This document shows positions 34,728 through 46,319 of a DNA stretch of 64,000 bases, piece after piece. How positions within the stretch are numbered: position 1 is the first letter of the stretch; every line of letters starts with the position of its first letter. The position numbers and the translations under genes were made by a program. The stretch comes from Acidithiobacillus sp. (lineage in GTDB: Bacteria > Pseudomonadota > Gammaproteobacteria > Acidithiobacillales > Acidithiobacillaceae): the NCBI GenBank assembly GCA_027365525.1, contig DAHXMJ010000057.1, positions 9,730 to 73,729 on the forward strand, read 5' to 3'. The notes beneath the pieces were generated by a model. The model saw nothing but the letters and a program-made list of their open reading frames with translations, was not told the DNA's origin and ran no database searches.

Positions 34728-34731
<4 letters not shown>
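33442..34731 (-). CDS. hisD: Histidinol dehydrogenase
   Basis: [40 protein letters not shown]. Confidence 0.99.
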
Positions 34732-36652
<1,921 letters not shown>

Positions 36653-36982
36653 TCAGCCTTGTGGAGTCTTTGCCCTGCTTACCAGCTTCTGCAGTTCACC
36701 CTGCTGGAAGAGGTCAGCCATTATGTCAGATCCGCCGACAAATTCCCCGTTTATGTAAAGCTGGGGGATGGTCGGCCAGTTGGCAAACTTTTTGATGCCA
36801 TCCCGTATCTGGGGATCAGCCAGTACATCCACAGTAAAAAGATCCTCCGCTCCCGCCTGCTGCAGCAGCTGGATTGCGCGGGCAGAAAAACCGCATTGGG
36901 GGGCACGGGGATTTCCCTTCATGTAAAGGACGATGGAGTGCTTTTGGACCTGATCACGGATGATATCTTGTATGTCGGCCAT
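36653..36982 (-). CDS. grxD: Monothiol glutaredoxin (CGFS type)
   Basis: PQCGFS, WPTIPQLY..GEFVGG. Confidence 0.97.
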   Translation of the reverse strand: MADIQDIIRDQVQKHSIVLYMKGNPRAPQCGFSARAIQLLQQAGAEDLFTVDVLADPQIRDGIKKFANWPTIPQLYINGEFVGGSDIMADLFQQGELQKLVSRAKTPQG

Positions 36983-37045
36983 GATTAACCTCTGTTTGGC
37001 AGTGGAAAAGGTGTGAACCCCAGTCAGCGGATGGTGGCGCGATTT

Positions 37046-37291
37046 TTATGGTTGTCCATGGGCTTCTTCCGGGGCTAGGGTCCGGGTCAGCTGCAGCGCA
37101 TGGATTTCTTGCCCCATGCGGCCTCCAAGACAGGCGTATACCAGCTGGTGCCGCTTTACCAGTGTGCAGCCTCTGAACTGGGGAGCAATTACCACGGCTT
37201 CAAAATGGGCGCCATCCTCGCCGAAAACCTCGACTTTGGCGCCGGGAAGACCGGTCTCAATCAGCTGACGGATAGTCTGGGCATTCATCAT
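37046..37291 (-). CDS. BolA/IbaG-family protein
   Basis: DGAHFEA, RHQLVY, IHALQL. Confidence 0.93.
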   Translation of the reverse strand: MMNAQTIRQLIETGLPGAKVEVFGEDGAHFEAVVIAPQFRGCTLVKRHQLVYACLGGRMGQEIHALQLTRTLAPEEAHGQP

Positions 37292-37338
37292 GTTTATTAT
37301 TGTACCTCAAAAAAAAACCGCTGTGATCTTCCCGCCCT

Positions 37339-38190
37339 TCAAGAGCGGAGTTTGTAGCCCCGCTCCAGAAGCCACAAGGCCAGTCCCCCAGAGAAAAGGA
37401 AAAAGGCGGATGTGACTAGGAGGCTTTCCCATATGGGAATGCCGGCAGCTGAAAAAAAACCGTAACGGAATCCATCAATGACATAAAAAAAGGGGTTAAA
37501 CAAGGACAGGTGGCGCCAGAAAACCGGAAGTGACTGGACAGAATAGAAAACACCCGCCAAAAATGTCAGGGGCATGATGATAAAATTCTGGAATCCGGCG
37601 ATCTGGTCAAATTTTTCGGCCCAAAGACCTGCCACGATACCGAGCGCACCCATTCCTCCCGTTCCAAGAACGGTAAAAGTCAGAATCCATATGGGGTGGG
37701 CCAGCGGGATGTGCAGGTAGAGGCAGGCAAGGGCCAGAATGGTAATGCCAACTGCGGCGCCACGCACAATGGAAGCGGCGGTCATGGCCACGAAAATTTC
37801 TGCAGGTTGCAGAGGGCTTAGTAAAACAAAAATGATATTGCCGGTTACCTTGGACTGGATAAGGCTGGATGAACTGTTGGCGAAGGCGTTTTGCAGCACC
37901 GACATCATCATCAGGCCGGGCACGATAAAAGTGGTATAGCTGACTCCCGGGTAAACGGACACCTTCCCGCCCAGTGCATGACCAAAAACCAGCAGGTAAA
38001 GCATTGTAGTGACCAGCGGGGCTGCAATGGTCTGCAGCCAGACCCGGGCGAACCTGAGAACTTCCTTGTGGAAAAGGGTAAGAGTTGGCGTCAGCAGAAA
38101 ATTGCTGGGGGCAGGATGGACGGCTGCATGGCCCGGTGCGACAGGGAACCCGGGAAAATCCTGATTCTGGTCAAAATCTCCTTCAGGCAT
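37339..38190 (-). CDS. ABC-2 type transporter permease (YadH-like)
   Basis: KEVLRF, PGLMMMS, NAFANSSSS, NPFFYVIDGFRYGF; start uncertain. Confidence 0.9.
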   Translation of the reverse strand: MPEGDFDQNQDFPGFPVAPGHAAVHPAPSNFLLTPTLTLFHKEVLRFARVWLQTIAAPLVTTMLYLLVFGHALGGKVSVYPGVSYTTFIVPGLMMMSVLQNAFANSSSSLIQSKVTGNIIFVLLSPLQPAEIFVAMTAASIVRGAAVGITILALACLYLHIPLAHPIWILTFTVLGTGGMGALGIVAGLWAEKFDQIAGFQNFIIMPLTFLAGVFYSVQSLPVFWRHLSLFNPFFYVIDGFRYGFFSAAGIPIWESLLVTSAFFLFSGGLALWLLERGYKLRS

Positions 38191-39598
38191 TCCGGGTGCG
38201 CAGCGCCGGGTCGAGAATTTCTACATAGGCGCTATCCCTTATGCGGCGCTGCCACTCCTGCATGCGCTGGTGCGCAATGCGGTTGAAAAGCTGGATCCTT
38301 GCAACAGCAAGGATCTGGGCATCATTCACTGGTACTTGGCGCTGGCCCTGGGACTGGAGGATATATATAGCATTGCCGGTCCGGACGGGGCTGCTGATGG
38401 CGCCTGCATGGAGACCAAGCAGTGTGCGCTCCAGAATATCTGGCAGACGGCCTGGCTGCACCCATCCCAGTTCACCGCCTTTTGCTGCAGTATGAGGATC
38501 CTGGCTGTAGCTTCGCGCCAGTTCTGGAAACGGAGTGCCATTTCCTAGGGAAGACTCGATTTCTGAGGCCCGTGTTTCCGCTTCCTGCAGCTGGAGACCA
38601 CCTGCAGCGTGCAGAAGAATCATTGCAGCCTTGACCTCGGTAACCATGGGCTGCTCATGCCTTACATCCAACACCTTAAAAATATGAAAACCGTCGGCGC
38701 TGGGGATAATGGGGCTGATCTGCCCAGGCTTCAGGGTGAGCAGCGTCTGACTTATGGTCCGAGTAAGCTGTGCAGCCTTGACCCAGCCTAAGTGGCCTCC
38801 CTGCAGGGCGTCCTGGCTGCCTCCAGTCTCGGTAGCCAGCCGGCTGAAGCTGGCACCAGCCACAAGACGGTTCCGGATCTGGTCTACCGCCGCGCGGGCA
38901 CTGCTCAACGCCTCTGGAGTAGGGGTGGGTGGCAGAGCGACAAAAATCTGTTGCAGATTGAAACTTACCCCCCCTATTGTCTTGAGCTGGCGCGAAAAGG
39001 TCTTGATTTCTCCGGGATCCAGGTGGATCCGGCTTTCGACTTCCTGCTGCATGAGGCGGTCTACCAGGATATGGTTCCTGAGATCTTTCTTGAAATGTTT
39101 CCAGGACTGGCCTTGGCTGACCAGGGCCTCGCGCAGCTGGCCGGGGGTAAGATTGTTGGCGTGCGCAATGTTGGCGACTGCCTGGTTCAGGGCCGCAGAA
39201 CTGGCCTTGATGCCTGCACGCTGGGCCAGCTGGATTTCGATATCCTGAAGTATCATCTGCTGCAGGACCTGCCGACGGAGTGCGCTATCGGGTGGCATCT
39301 GCCCGGGTTCCTGCTGCTGGAGTCTGGCCCGGATGGCAGCTACCTGATGGTCCAGCTGGATGGAAGTGATGATGCTGCCATTGACTATGGCCACGACCCG
39401 GTCGAGATATTCCAGATTTTCTGGTAGCTGTGCCGAAACCGGAGCCTGCGTGGACTGCTCGGAAAATACTGCAGTGGTTTTTTTCGTGATCTGGGGAGAG
39501 AGCAGTGAATTGCGCTCGACGAAAGGGGTTCCACCACAGGCTGAGAGTGCCCAGGTCATCAGACCTAGGAAAAGAAATGAACGGCGAGGATAAGACAT
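38183..39598 (-). CDS. surA: SurA-like chaperone / parvulin PPIase
   Basis: DRVVAIVN..IIT N-domain, two parvulin-like domains (GGHLGW, YSQDP..A.KGGELGW), RDSAYVE; directly downstream of lptD. Confidence 0.9.
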   Translation of the reverse strand: MSYPRRSFLFLGLMTWALSACGGTPFVERNSLLSPQITKKTTAVFSEQSTQAPVSAQLPENLEYLDRVVAIVNGSIITSIQLDHQVAAIRARLQQQEPGQMPPDSALRRQVLQQMILQDIEIQLAQRAGIKASSAALNQAVANIAHANNLTPGQLREALVSQGQSWKHFKKDLRNHILVDRLMQQEVESRIHLDPGEIKTFSRQLKTIGGVSFNLQQIFVALPPTPTPEALSSARAAVDQIRNRLVAGASFSRLATETGGSQDALQGGHLGWVKAAQLTRTISQTLLTLKPGQISPIIPSADGFHIFKVLDVRHEQPMVTEVKAAMILLHAAGGLQLQEAETRASEIESSLGNGTPFPELARSYSQDPHTAAKGGELGWVQPGRLPDILERTLLGLHAGAISSPVRTGNAIYILQSQGQRQVPVNDAQILAVARIQLFNRIAHQRMQEWQRRIRDSAYVEILDPALRTRNA

Positions 39599-41802
39599 TA
39601 AAACTCCATGCTGGCGCCGGGCACGTACTGGTTGAGGATGCTACTGGAGCTGTTTCCCACGCTGGTCAGGCCGCGCAACACAATTTCCAGGTATACCGCA
39701 TTATTGGACTGGCCGCCGAGCAGGATCTGGTGATACATCAGAAGCTGGGTGGACCAACAGCCCCCATCATAGCCTATCCCCGCCAGCTCCTCCAGAGGCT
39801 TGTCGTCTGTCACGTCATACTGGTAGCTTCCGAGTACACGCCAGTTTCGGAATATGGGGAAACCTGCAGATATTCCTGCCTGATCCACAAATCCGTGCGT
39901 ATACCGGTAATCCAGATTGAGAACATCTCCCTTGGCGGGGAACCATTGGGCACGGAAATCCAGGCGTTCAAGGTGTTTCCAGTTTGCAGAGGTTTCAGAG
40001 CCGGCAGCAAACTGGAAACTGGCTGCGGGAGCGTACGTTGCCTGCCAGAAATAGCTGGACCGGGAAGTCTGGGGTACGATGCTGCCCGCAAGACTGATCT
40101 GGTAGCGGTTGAAATGGTGGATCTGCCCTATCGCGGCCTCCCAGATCTCCCGGCCGCGGCTGTCATATCCTGCTCCTTTTAGGCCGTACGCCAGCTGGTT
40201 GGCCGAATTAATGCGGTCTGCACCGTCATACAGGCTGTTGTCTGTGAATATGGACAGAAAATTCTGGTAGGGCTGGCTGGTGTCGAAGAGGGGGATGTTG
40301 TTCTGGGATTTCAGGGGGATATAAAGATATTTGAATATTGGCTGGATTCGGACGCTCCCGCCCCGGCTGCCGTAGCGGATGAAGTTTAGTGCTCCCAGAA
40401 TACTCATGGCGGGCAGGGTTCGGTCGATGGCACGACTGTAGCTGCTTCCATTGCGCTGGATCTGGTAGTGGCTATAGTAAATTCGGGCTTGGGGTTCCAG
40501 GAAGCCCCAAGCGCGGCTGAATTTCCACCCCACGGTTGGAGTAAGATCCAGCCGCTGGCCCATGGGGCCGGAAGATGCGTAGAAATAGTTGAAGTCGCTC
40601 CGCCAATCCAGATACCCGCGGGAGCCCAGCCGCCAGTAGCCATTGGCGAACAGATATGGCAGCTGGGAATAGGGAGCCGTGTTTCCGGGAAGCAGCTCCT
40701 GATATCCCTGCAGGACGGCCCCTGCCTGCAGGTGCCGGTTACCATAATAGAGGCCTGCAGTTGAGGTCAGGTAGGGAATGTTTCCAATTCCGCCGGCGTA
40801 TCCTTCGCTGAAGCCGGCAGTGCCAGCGAAATCGGATAAAAAATTGCTGTAGCTGACCCGGTTATAATCAATGCCAAGACTTACCCCGTCTCCAAGATTC
40901 TGCTGGTGCTGCCAGGAAACTGCCCAGACTGTGGTCCGCGTCAGCTGGTCACTCGGCAGCAGATCCAGAAAAAATTTTCCGGAATAGTCTGGTTCCAGAT
41001 ACCGGAACTCGTTCTGCACCATAACCCCCCGTTTTGTGAATCCGGAGATGGTCAGTGTGTCGTCCAGGTTGGAAGCAATATCAAAATAGTACGGAATGCC
41101 CAGATTGAAGCCATTGATGGTGGAACTGCTAATAATTGGGGGCAGAAAACCGGAATGGCGATTCAGTGGGAAACTCAGGTAGGGCAGCCAGAGGACGGGG
41201 AGACCAAAAATATGCAGTGTGGTATTTTGGGTCGTGATGTATTGCGTTTTCTGATTCAGGTACAGCCGTTCTGTCCACAGCTGCCATGCAGGCACTTTCC
41301 CGTGACAGGTCGTGTAACAGGCCTCATCCAGGCGGTACTGCCCGCGTGAAAATTCTTCGCCTGTCTGGGCATGGCCGAACCCGCCCCGGTCGGGGAGGAG
41401 ATATCGGGGGTGGAAGACGATTGCCTGATTGGCCCGCATTTTGAGTCTTGCCTCAGGCGCCGCGGTGACCAGTGCCCGACTGACAAGGCGTACATGCCCC
41501 AAGGCGATAATTTCGTCCTTTTTCTGGTCATAATGAATTTCGTCAGCATACAGGCGCCGGTTTCCATAGAGTACCTCGACATTGCCGTTGGCTGTCCATT
41601 TGCCGCTGCCCAGTCCATGGATCTGGTCAGCGTACAGGGTGATAGGATTTGGTTTGCCCTGCTGACCAGCAGCCCAGACAGGCTCATGGGCTGCTACTAT
41701 TGCGGCCGCTGCAAACCACCACAGGCTGGATATCGGGAAAGCGCGCCGGAGGGGCTGGAGTTCCCGGAAGGCGGTGCTCGGTTGGTTTCTGGGGCTATGC
41801 AT
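39598..41802 (-). CDS. lptD: LPS-assembly outer-membrane protein LptD
   Basis: OstA-like N-domain, YTTC, PVLWLPYLSFP..RHSGFLPP, DRINSANQL, YDGGCW, LRGL C-terminus. Confidence 0.95.
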   Translation of the reverse strand: MHSPRNQPSTAFRELQPLRRAFPISSLWWFAAAAIVAAHEPVWAAGQQGKPNPITLYADQIHGLGSGKWTANGNVEVLYGNRRLYADEIHYDQKKDEIIALGHVRLVSRALVTAAPEARLKMRANQAIVFHPRYLLPDRGGFGHAQTGEEFSRGQYRLDEACYTTCHGKVPAWQLWTERLYLNQKTQYITTQNTTLHIFGLPVLWLPYLSFPLNRHSGFLPPIISSSTINGFNLGIPYYFDIASNLDDTLTISGFTKRGVMVQNEFRYLEPDYSGKFFLDLLPSDQLTRTTVWAVSWQHQQNLGDGVSLGIDYNRVSYSNFLSDFAGTAGFSEGYAGGIGNIPYLTSTAGLYYGNRHLQAGAVLQGYQELLPGNTAPYSQLPYLFANGYWRLGSRGYLDWRSDFNYFYASSGPMGQRLDLTPTVGWKFSRAWGFLEPQARIYYSHYQIQRNGSSYSRAIDRTLPAMSILGALNFIRYGSRGGSVRIQPIFKYLYIPLKSQNNIPLFDTSQPYQNFLSIFTDNSLYDGADRINSANQLAYGLKGAGYDSRGREIWEAAIGQIHHFNRYQISLAGSIVPQTSRSSYFWQATYAPAASFQFAAGSETSANWKHLERLDFRAQWFPAKGDVLNLDYRYTHGFVDQAGISAGFPIFRNWRVLGSYQYDVTDDKPLEELAGIGYDGGCWSTQLLMYHQILLGGQSNNAVYLEIVLRGLTSVGNSSSSILNQYVPGASMEF

Positions 41803-41831
41803 AGCGGTCTAAAATCGCACAGAATGCTTCC

Positions 41832-42851
41832 ATGTCGCAATTGTTTCCAGACCCCCTTCTGCATGAGGAAGGACTGCCCTGTGGGGCCTCTATCTGGCTC
41901 CAGAACCTGGGGGTAGGAGAGAGAAGATCCCTGTCCCCCGTCCCTGGGGATGCCAGTGCGCGCCGCTACTGGCGGTTGGGGCAGAATCTTCTGCTTGCCC
42001 ATGTCCCTGACGGAGAGGAAATCCTGCCCTTCTTACGGGTTGCCTACCGGTTTGCGAGGGTAGGGCTGCCTGTCCCCCGTATCCATGCTGCCTCTGTAGC
42101 CCATGGTTTCATGTTGCTGGAAGACTTGGGGCGGGAGGACCTGAAGTCCTGTCTGGACAACGCGGACAATGCTGATGTTCAGCTTCATAAGGCAATGGAA
42201 CTGATCCTGAAACTGCAGACTGCTGGCAGGGGCTGCAATACTCGCCCTTTTTTTTCGGCATATGGAGCTGATCTGCTCCACAGGGAGATGCAGCTGTTTC
42301 CCCACTGGTATCTCCGTTGCCATCTTGGCCTGAAAATTGACCTTTCTGTTCAAGGGATGCTGGAGGGGTTGTTTGCCGGGCTGGCTGACAGTGCCCTCAG
42401 GCAGCCCAAGGTATGGGTGCATAGGGACTTTCATGCACGCAATCTCCTGTTTCTGCCTTCACGTGACGCCTTGGCCATGATCGATTTCCAGGATGCCGTG
42501 TCTGGTCCTTGGACATACGACTTGGCATCACTCTTGTGGGACCGTTACTGGGACTGGGGAAAAGGGCGGCGTGATACATGGATTTCCTGGTTTCACAATG
42601 GGCTGGAACGGTTAGGGGCCAAACCTCCTGCCCCCAGTGATTTTCAGCTTCAGGTGTGGCGTATGGCGCTGCAGAGAAATCTCAAGATTCTGGGAATTTT
42701 CAGTCGGCTGGCCTATCGGGATGGCAGGACAAGCTATCTTGACCTGCTTCCCCGTTTCTGGGGGTATCTTATGGAGGGCTTGGAAAATGACCCCCAATGG
42801 GACGGTCTACAGAAAAGGTTTTTGGCGTGGGCCCCGTCCGGCAGGCCATGA
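41832..42851 (+). CDS. amgK: Anomeric MurNAc/GlcNAc kinase (aminoglycoside phosphotransferase family)
   Basis: GDASARRYWR, HRDFHARNL, IDFQDA, YDLASLL; divergent from lptD and upstream of murU. Confidence 0.88.
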   Translation: MSQLFPDPLLHEEGLPCGASIWLQNLGVGERRSLSPVPGDASARRYWRLGQNLLLAHVPDGEEILPFLRVAYRFARVGLPVPRIHAASVAHGFMLLEDLGREDLKSCLDNADNADVQLHKAMELILKLQTAGRGCNTRPFFSAYGADLLHREMQLFPHWYLRCHLGLKIDLSVQGMLEGLFAGLADSALRQPKVWVHRDFHARNLLFLPSRDALAMIDFQDAVSGPWTYDLASLLWDRYWDWGKGRRDTWISWFHNGLERLGAKPPAPSDFQLQVWRMALQRNLKILGIFSRLAYRDGRTSYLDLLPRFWGYLMEGLENDPQWDGLQKRFLAWAPSGRP

Positions 42852-43513
42852 TTCTTGCGGCCGGGCGGGGGGAGCGACTGCGGCCTCTCTCGGATTTTCT
42901 GCCGAAGCCCTTGGTGAGCGTGGGCGGACGTCCGCTGATCGCCCACCATCTGGATGGACTTGCCGATGCAGGCATAGAACGGGTAGTTATCAACATCGGA
43001 CATCTGGGAGAGCAGCTGCCGGCCCGCCTTGGATGCCAGTGGTCGGGAATGGCCTTGGAGTACAGTGATGAACGCCGTGGCTGCCTGGAGACGGGGGGCG
43101 CTATTGTTGAGGCCCTGAAATATCTGGGAGAGGATCCCTTTATCCTGGTAAACGGGGATGTGTATACGGATTTCCCTTGGCGTCGGCTTGTAGATCTGCC
43201 GTCTGGTGCCGCCCTGGTTTTGGTCCCCAATCCGCCCCACCACCCCAATGGGGATTTTTCGATCGAGAACAGCCTGGTGGTACCCCCTGCCCAGGATGGG
43301 CATACTTATACCTATGCGGGTATCGCTAGGTTCTCAGGGGCCTGCTTCCGCTCTTTTCTTCCCGGACGGTCAAAACTGGCGCCATGGCTTGGGCGGTGGA
43401 TTGAGGAAAGACGGCTGACAGCCCTGCCATATTCTGGTCGCTGGTTTGATGTGGGAACCCGGGAACGGCTGGCGCATGTCCGGGCAGGCTGTGGAGCTGG
43501 CGATGCCATTTGA
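42797..43513 (+). CDS. murU: MurNAc-1-phosphate uridylyltransferase
   Basis: AMILAAGRGERLRPL..PKPL, LETGG, NPPHHPNGDF, WFDVGT; the start may lie slightly downstream. Confidence 0.9.
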   Translation: MGRSTEKVFGVGPVRQAMILAAGRGERLRPLSDFLPKPLVSVGGRPLIAHHLDGLADAGIERVVINIGHLGEQLPARLGCQWSGMALEYSDERRGCLETGGAIVEALKYLGEDPFILVNGDVYTDFPWRRLVDLPSGAALVLVPNPPHHPNGDFSIENSLVVPPAQDGHTYTYAGIARFSGACFRSFLPGRSKLAPWLGRWIEERRLTALPYSGRWFDVGTRERLAHVRAGCGAGDAI

Positions 43514-43937
43514 TGAAGAGCTGGTTGACGGTCTGGTAACACCAGACGCAGGGAAAGTGGATTTTTGGCGCACACAATGGGTGCAATTGATGGAAATGGC
43601 CCTTTGGGGGGAAATCCGGAGCCACCAGATTGGGTCGGTGAGCCGATTGCGGAGGCGCATTTTGGATTTTGGAGAAAAACTTCGTTCCTATGGCAGCAAT
43701 CGCAAATGGATCCCCCATCCCCGTGAACGCGTCAAGAACTGCCTTGCCAGTGCTCTTCATCTGCACGAAGCCATGGAGCGTGTTGCGGAAAGCATGGCCA
43801 GCCTGGAAGGAGGGGGGTCTCTCGCTACACTAGAGGCATTGTGGGATACTCTCTCCGGCGCTTTGCAGGAAGATCTGATCCTGCGGGAAGGGCGTCTCGT
43901 GACTCTGCTCAACCAGCAGTACAATGAGGAAGTGTAG
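43503..43937 (+). CDS. Hypothetical helical protein
   Basis: Overlaps the end of murU in an operon, GGAG RBS, natural composition; no family recognised. Confidence 0.7.
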   Translation: MPFDEELVDGLVTPDAGKVDFWRTQWVQLMEMALWGEIRSHQIGSVSRLRRRILDFGEKLRSYGSNRKWIPHPRERVKNCLASALHLHEAMERVAESMASLEGGGSLATLEALWDTLSGALQEDLILREGRLVTLLNQQYNEEV

Positions 43938-43968
43938 CTTTAGTGGAACTGGCAGCCGACCTGAAAAT

Positions 43969-44244
43969 ATGAAAATTCTCTATGGACTGGTGATTGTGGG
44001 AGCCGTAGGGCTTTTTGTGCTGCTGTTCTGGTCTGACCATCCCCAGATGCTTTTGTGGACAGGGAAAGGTAGTGTCGCATGGTACCGGAAACATCCAGAA
44101 GCTTTGGCTCGTGAAAACATCAAATGCTGGAAACTGCTCCAGCAGTCCACCTTCGACAATGTAGACCGGGTAATGGCAGAGCACCCCCATTGCCATAAGG
44201 TATATGAGGCCCTGCAGCAGGAACAGGATGCAGAACTTGGATAG
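43969..44244 (+). CDS. Small membrane-anchored hypothetical protein with a Cys pair (weakly EexN-like)
   Basis: MK plus hydrophobic anchor, then SVAWYRKHPEAL.....C...C; fills the gap before kdsD. Confidence 0.6.
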   Translation: MKILYGLVIVGAVGLFVLLFWSDHPQMLLWTGKGSVAWYRKHPEALARENIKCWKLLQQSTFDNVDRVMAEHPHCHKVYEALQQEQDAELG

Positions 44245-45238
44245 CCAGACTGCCCGGGAACCTGCCTGTGACAGTGCCCTTCTGCTGGAGACAGGGCTGG
44301 AAACCCTCCGTCTCGAAACTGAAGCGCTAGTATCGCTGGCCGACCGGCTGGGCCTGGATTTTGTCCAAGCTTGTGAGCTCCTGCTGCGGTGCACTGGAAG
44401 GATTGTTGTCAGCGGTATGGGAAAATCCGGAATCATAGCAAAAAAAATCGCTTCTACCCTGGCCAGTACTGGTAGCCCGGCGCTCTTTCTGCACCCAGCC
44501 GAGGGAAGCCATGGCGATTTGGGGATGCTGACCCGCCAGGATATCCTGCTTGCCCTGTCGAATTCTGGGGAAACAGGAGAACTGCTTGCCATTCTGCCGG
44601 TAGTGAAGCGTATGGGGGTTCCGCTGGTTGCGATGACAGGCAATATCCGCTCGACGCTGGCCCGTATGGCGGATGTGCATCTGGACTGCAGGGTAGAGCG
44701 GGAAGCCTGTCCCTTAAATCTGGCACCTACTGCATCCACGACTGCGGCACTGGCCTTGGGCGATGCGCTGGCCATGGCACTGCTGCGGGCCCGGGGTTTC
44801 TCTGCAGACGATTTCGCATTTTCCCATCCGGGAGGAAGCCTTGGGAAAAAGCTGCTGCTACGGGTGCAGGATCTTATGCATTCAGGTGGCCGCCTCCCAT
44901 GCGTCCGGCCGGAAACTTTGCTGCATGAAGCTATCCTGGAAATGAGCGGGAAAGGGATGGGCATGACTGCGGTAGTGGATATGGAAAACCGCCTTCTAGG
45001 CATCTTTACTGATGGAGATTTGCGCCGGGCTTTTTCTCGGAGGCAGGAAATCTGGAATTTTCCGATGGAACAGTTCTATCACCGTCAGGCCCGTACCATC
45101 AGCGCTGACACCCTTGCAGCTGTGGCTCTGGCACAGATGGAGGAACATCGGATCGGAGTACTGCTGGTTACGGATCACGAGAACCATCTGGTGGGGGCTA
45201 TTAGCATGCATGATCTTTTGCAGGCAGGCATTGCATGA
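44228..45238 (+). CDS. kdsD: Arabinose-5-phosphate isomerase
   Basis: GMGKSG, HPAEGSHGDLG, SNSGET, CPLNLAPTAST, HPGGSLG, CBS pair. Confidence 0.96.
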   Translation: MQNLDSQTAREPACDSALLLETGLETLRLETEALVSLADRLGLDFVQACELLLRCTGRIVVSGMGKSGIIAKKIASTLASTGSPALFLHPAEGSHGDLGMLTRQDILLALSNSGETGELLAILPVVKRMGVPLVAMTGNIRSTLARMADVHLDCRVEREACPLNLAPTASTTAALALGDALAMALLRARGFSADDFAFSHPGGSLGKKLLLRVQDLMHSGGRLPCVRPETLLHEAILEMSGKGMGMTAVVDMENRLLGIFTDGDLRRAFSRRQEIWNFPMEQFYHRQARTISADTLAAVALAQMEEHRIGVLLVTDHENHLVGAISMHDLLQAGIA

Positions 45239-45771
45239 ATCTAGTGCTAAACCTTCGTATTTCCCGGATACGCCTGGTGATTTTGGATGTGGACGGTGTT
45301 CTTACAGATGGGCAGCTGCATTTCAGTTCTGATGGCCAGGAAAGCAAGATGTTCCATGTGCGCGATGGTCATGGTATCCGTCTCCTTCAGGATGCCGGGC
45401 TTGAGGTTGCGCTGATCACTGCCCGTTACTCGCCGGCTGTTGCCCACCGCGCCCAGGATCTGGGAATCCGGAGGGTCTACCAGGGCAGTCTGGACAAACT
45501 GGTGGCCTATACAGAACTGAAGCTCGCTATGGGTCTGGAAGATGGTGCGGTTGCTTACATGGGGGACGATCTGGTTGACCTGTCAGTTCTTGGCCGAGTT
45601 GGATTCGCTACAGCACCGGCCGATGCCCATGAGGAGGTGGTTTCAAGAGTCCATTGGCAAAGTCGTCTTGGTGGAGGGAAGGGAGCCGTGCGGGAGCTGA
45701 GTGAGCTGATCCTGCGTGGACAGGGCCACTGGGAGGCTGTCATCCGCCGATGCCTGGATGGACGCCCATGA
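45235..45771 (+). CDS. kdsC: KDO-8-phosphate phosphatase
   Basis: DVDGVLTDG, RDGHG, GDDLVD, GGKGAVRE. Confidence 0.96.
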   Translation: MNLVLNLRISRIRLVILDVDGVLTDGQLHFSSDGQESKMFHVRDGHGIRLLQDAGLEVALITARYSPAVAHRAQDLGIRRVYQGSLDKLVAYTELKLAMGLEDGAVAYMGDDLVDLSVLGRVGFATAPADAHEEVVSRVHWQSRLGGGKGAVRELSELILRGQGHWEAVIRRCLDGRP

Positions 45772-46319
45772 AGCCGGGTTGGCCCTCACCAGCATTTTTT
45801 TTTGTGGTGATTCTGGCAATTGCCGGGTTGTGGTCCACATGGCCCAGCCACCCGCTTGAAACGGTTCATGTGGACTGGCAGGGGGCTATCCATCGGGGCG
45901 ATCAGGCGGCCAGTGACGTTGTCCTCCAGGAATATGGTTCCAATGGACATCTGGAGCTCGAGGCGACTGCAGGGACAGCCTACCATGAGCCGGGTGGCAA
46001 CAGGACGGTGCTGGAACAGGTACGTCTGCAGCGCTTTCGTACTGGAGGCGGTCTGGAGCTTCAGGGCCAGCATGCCCTCTTGGTTGATGGAGACCGGCAG
46101 GTGATTCTTAGGGGGAACGTGGTTGCCGTGCTCCAGCCGGACAGTATCTTGCGGACCCGGAAACTCGAGTATATTCCTGCTACAGGTATCATCCAGACGC
46201 AGGATCCCGTGCATCTGAGTCATGGTTCCAGCCGGCTGCAGGGGGTGGGATTTTGGGCATCGGTGAAAACGCGGCAGGTCAGGATAGAGAAAGATGTGCA
46301 CGGGCGTTATGTTCAATAG
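45768..46319 (+). CDS. lptC: LPS export protein LptC
   Basis: N-terminal TM plus beta-jellyroll-like sequence, between kdsC and lptA. Confidence 0.85.
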   Translation: MKPGWPSPAFFFVVILAIAGLWSTWPSHPLETVHVDWQGAIHRGDQAASDVVLQEYGSNGHLELEATAGTAYHEPGGNRTVLEQVRLQRFRTGGGLELQGQHALLVDGDRQVILRGNVVAVLQPDSILRTRKLEYIPATGIIQTQDPVHLSHGSSRLQGVGFWASVKTRQVRIEKDVHGRYVQ

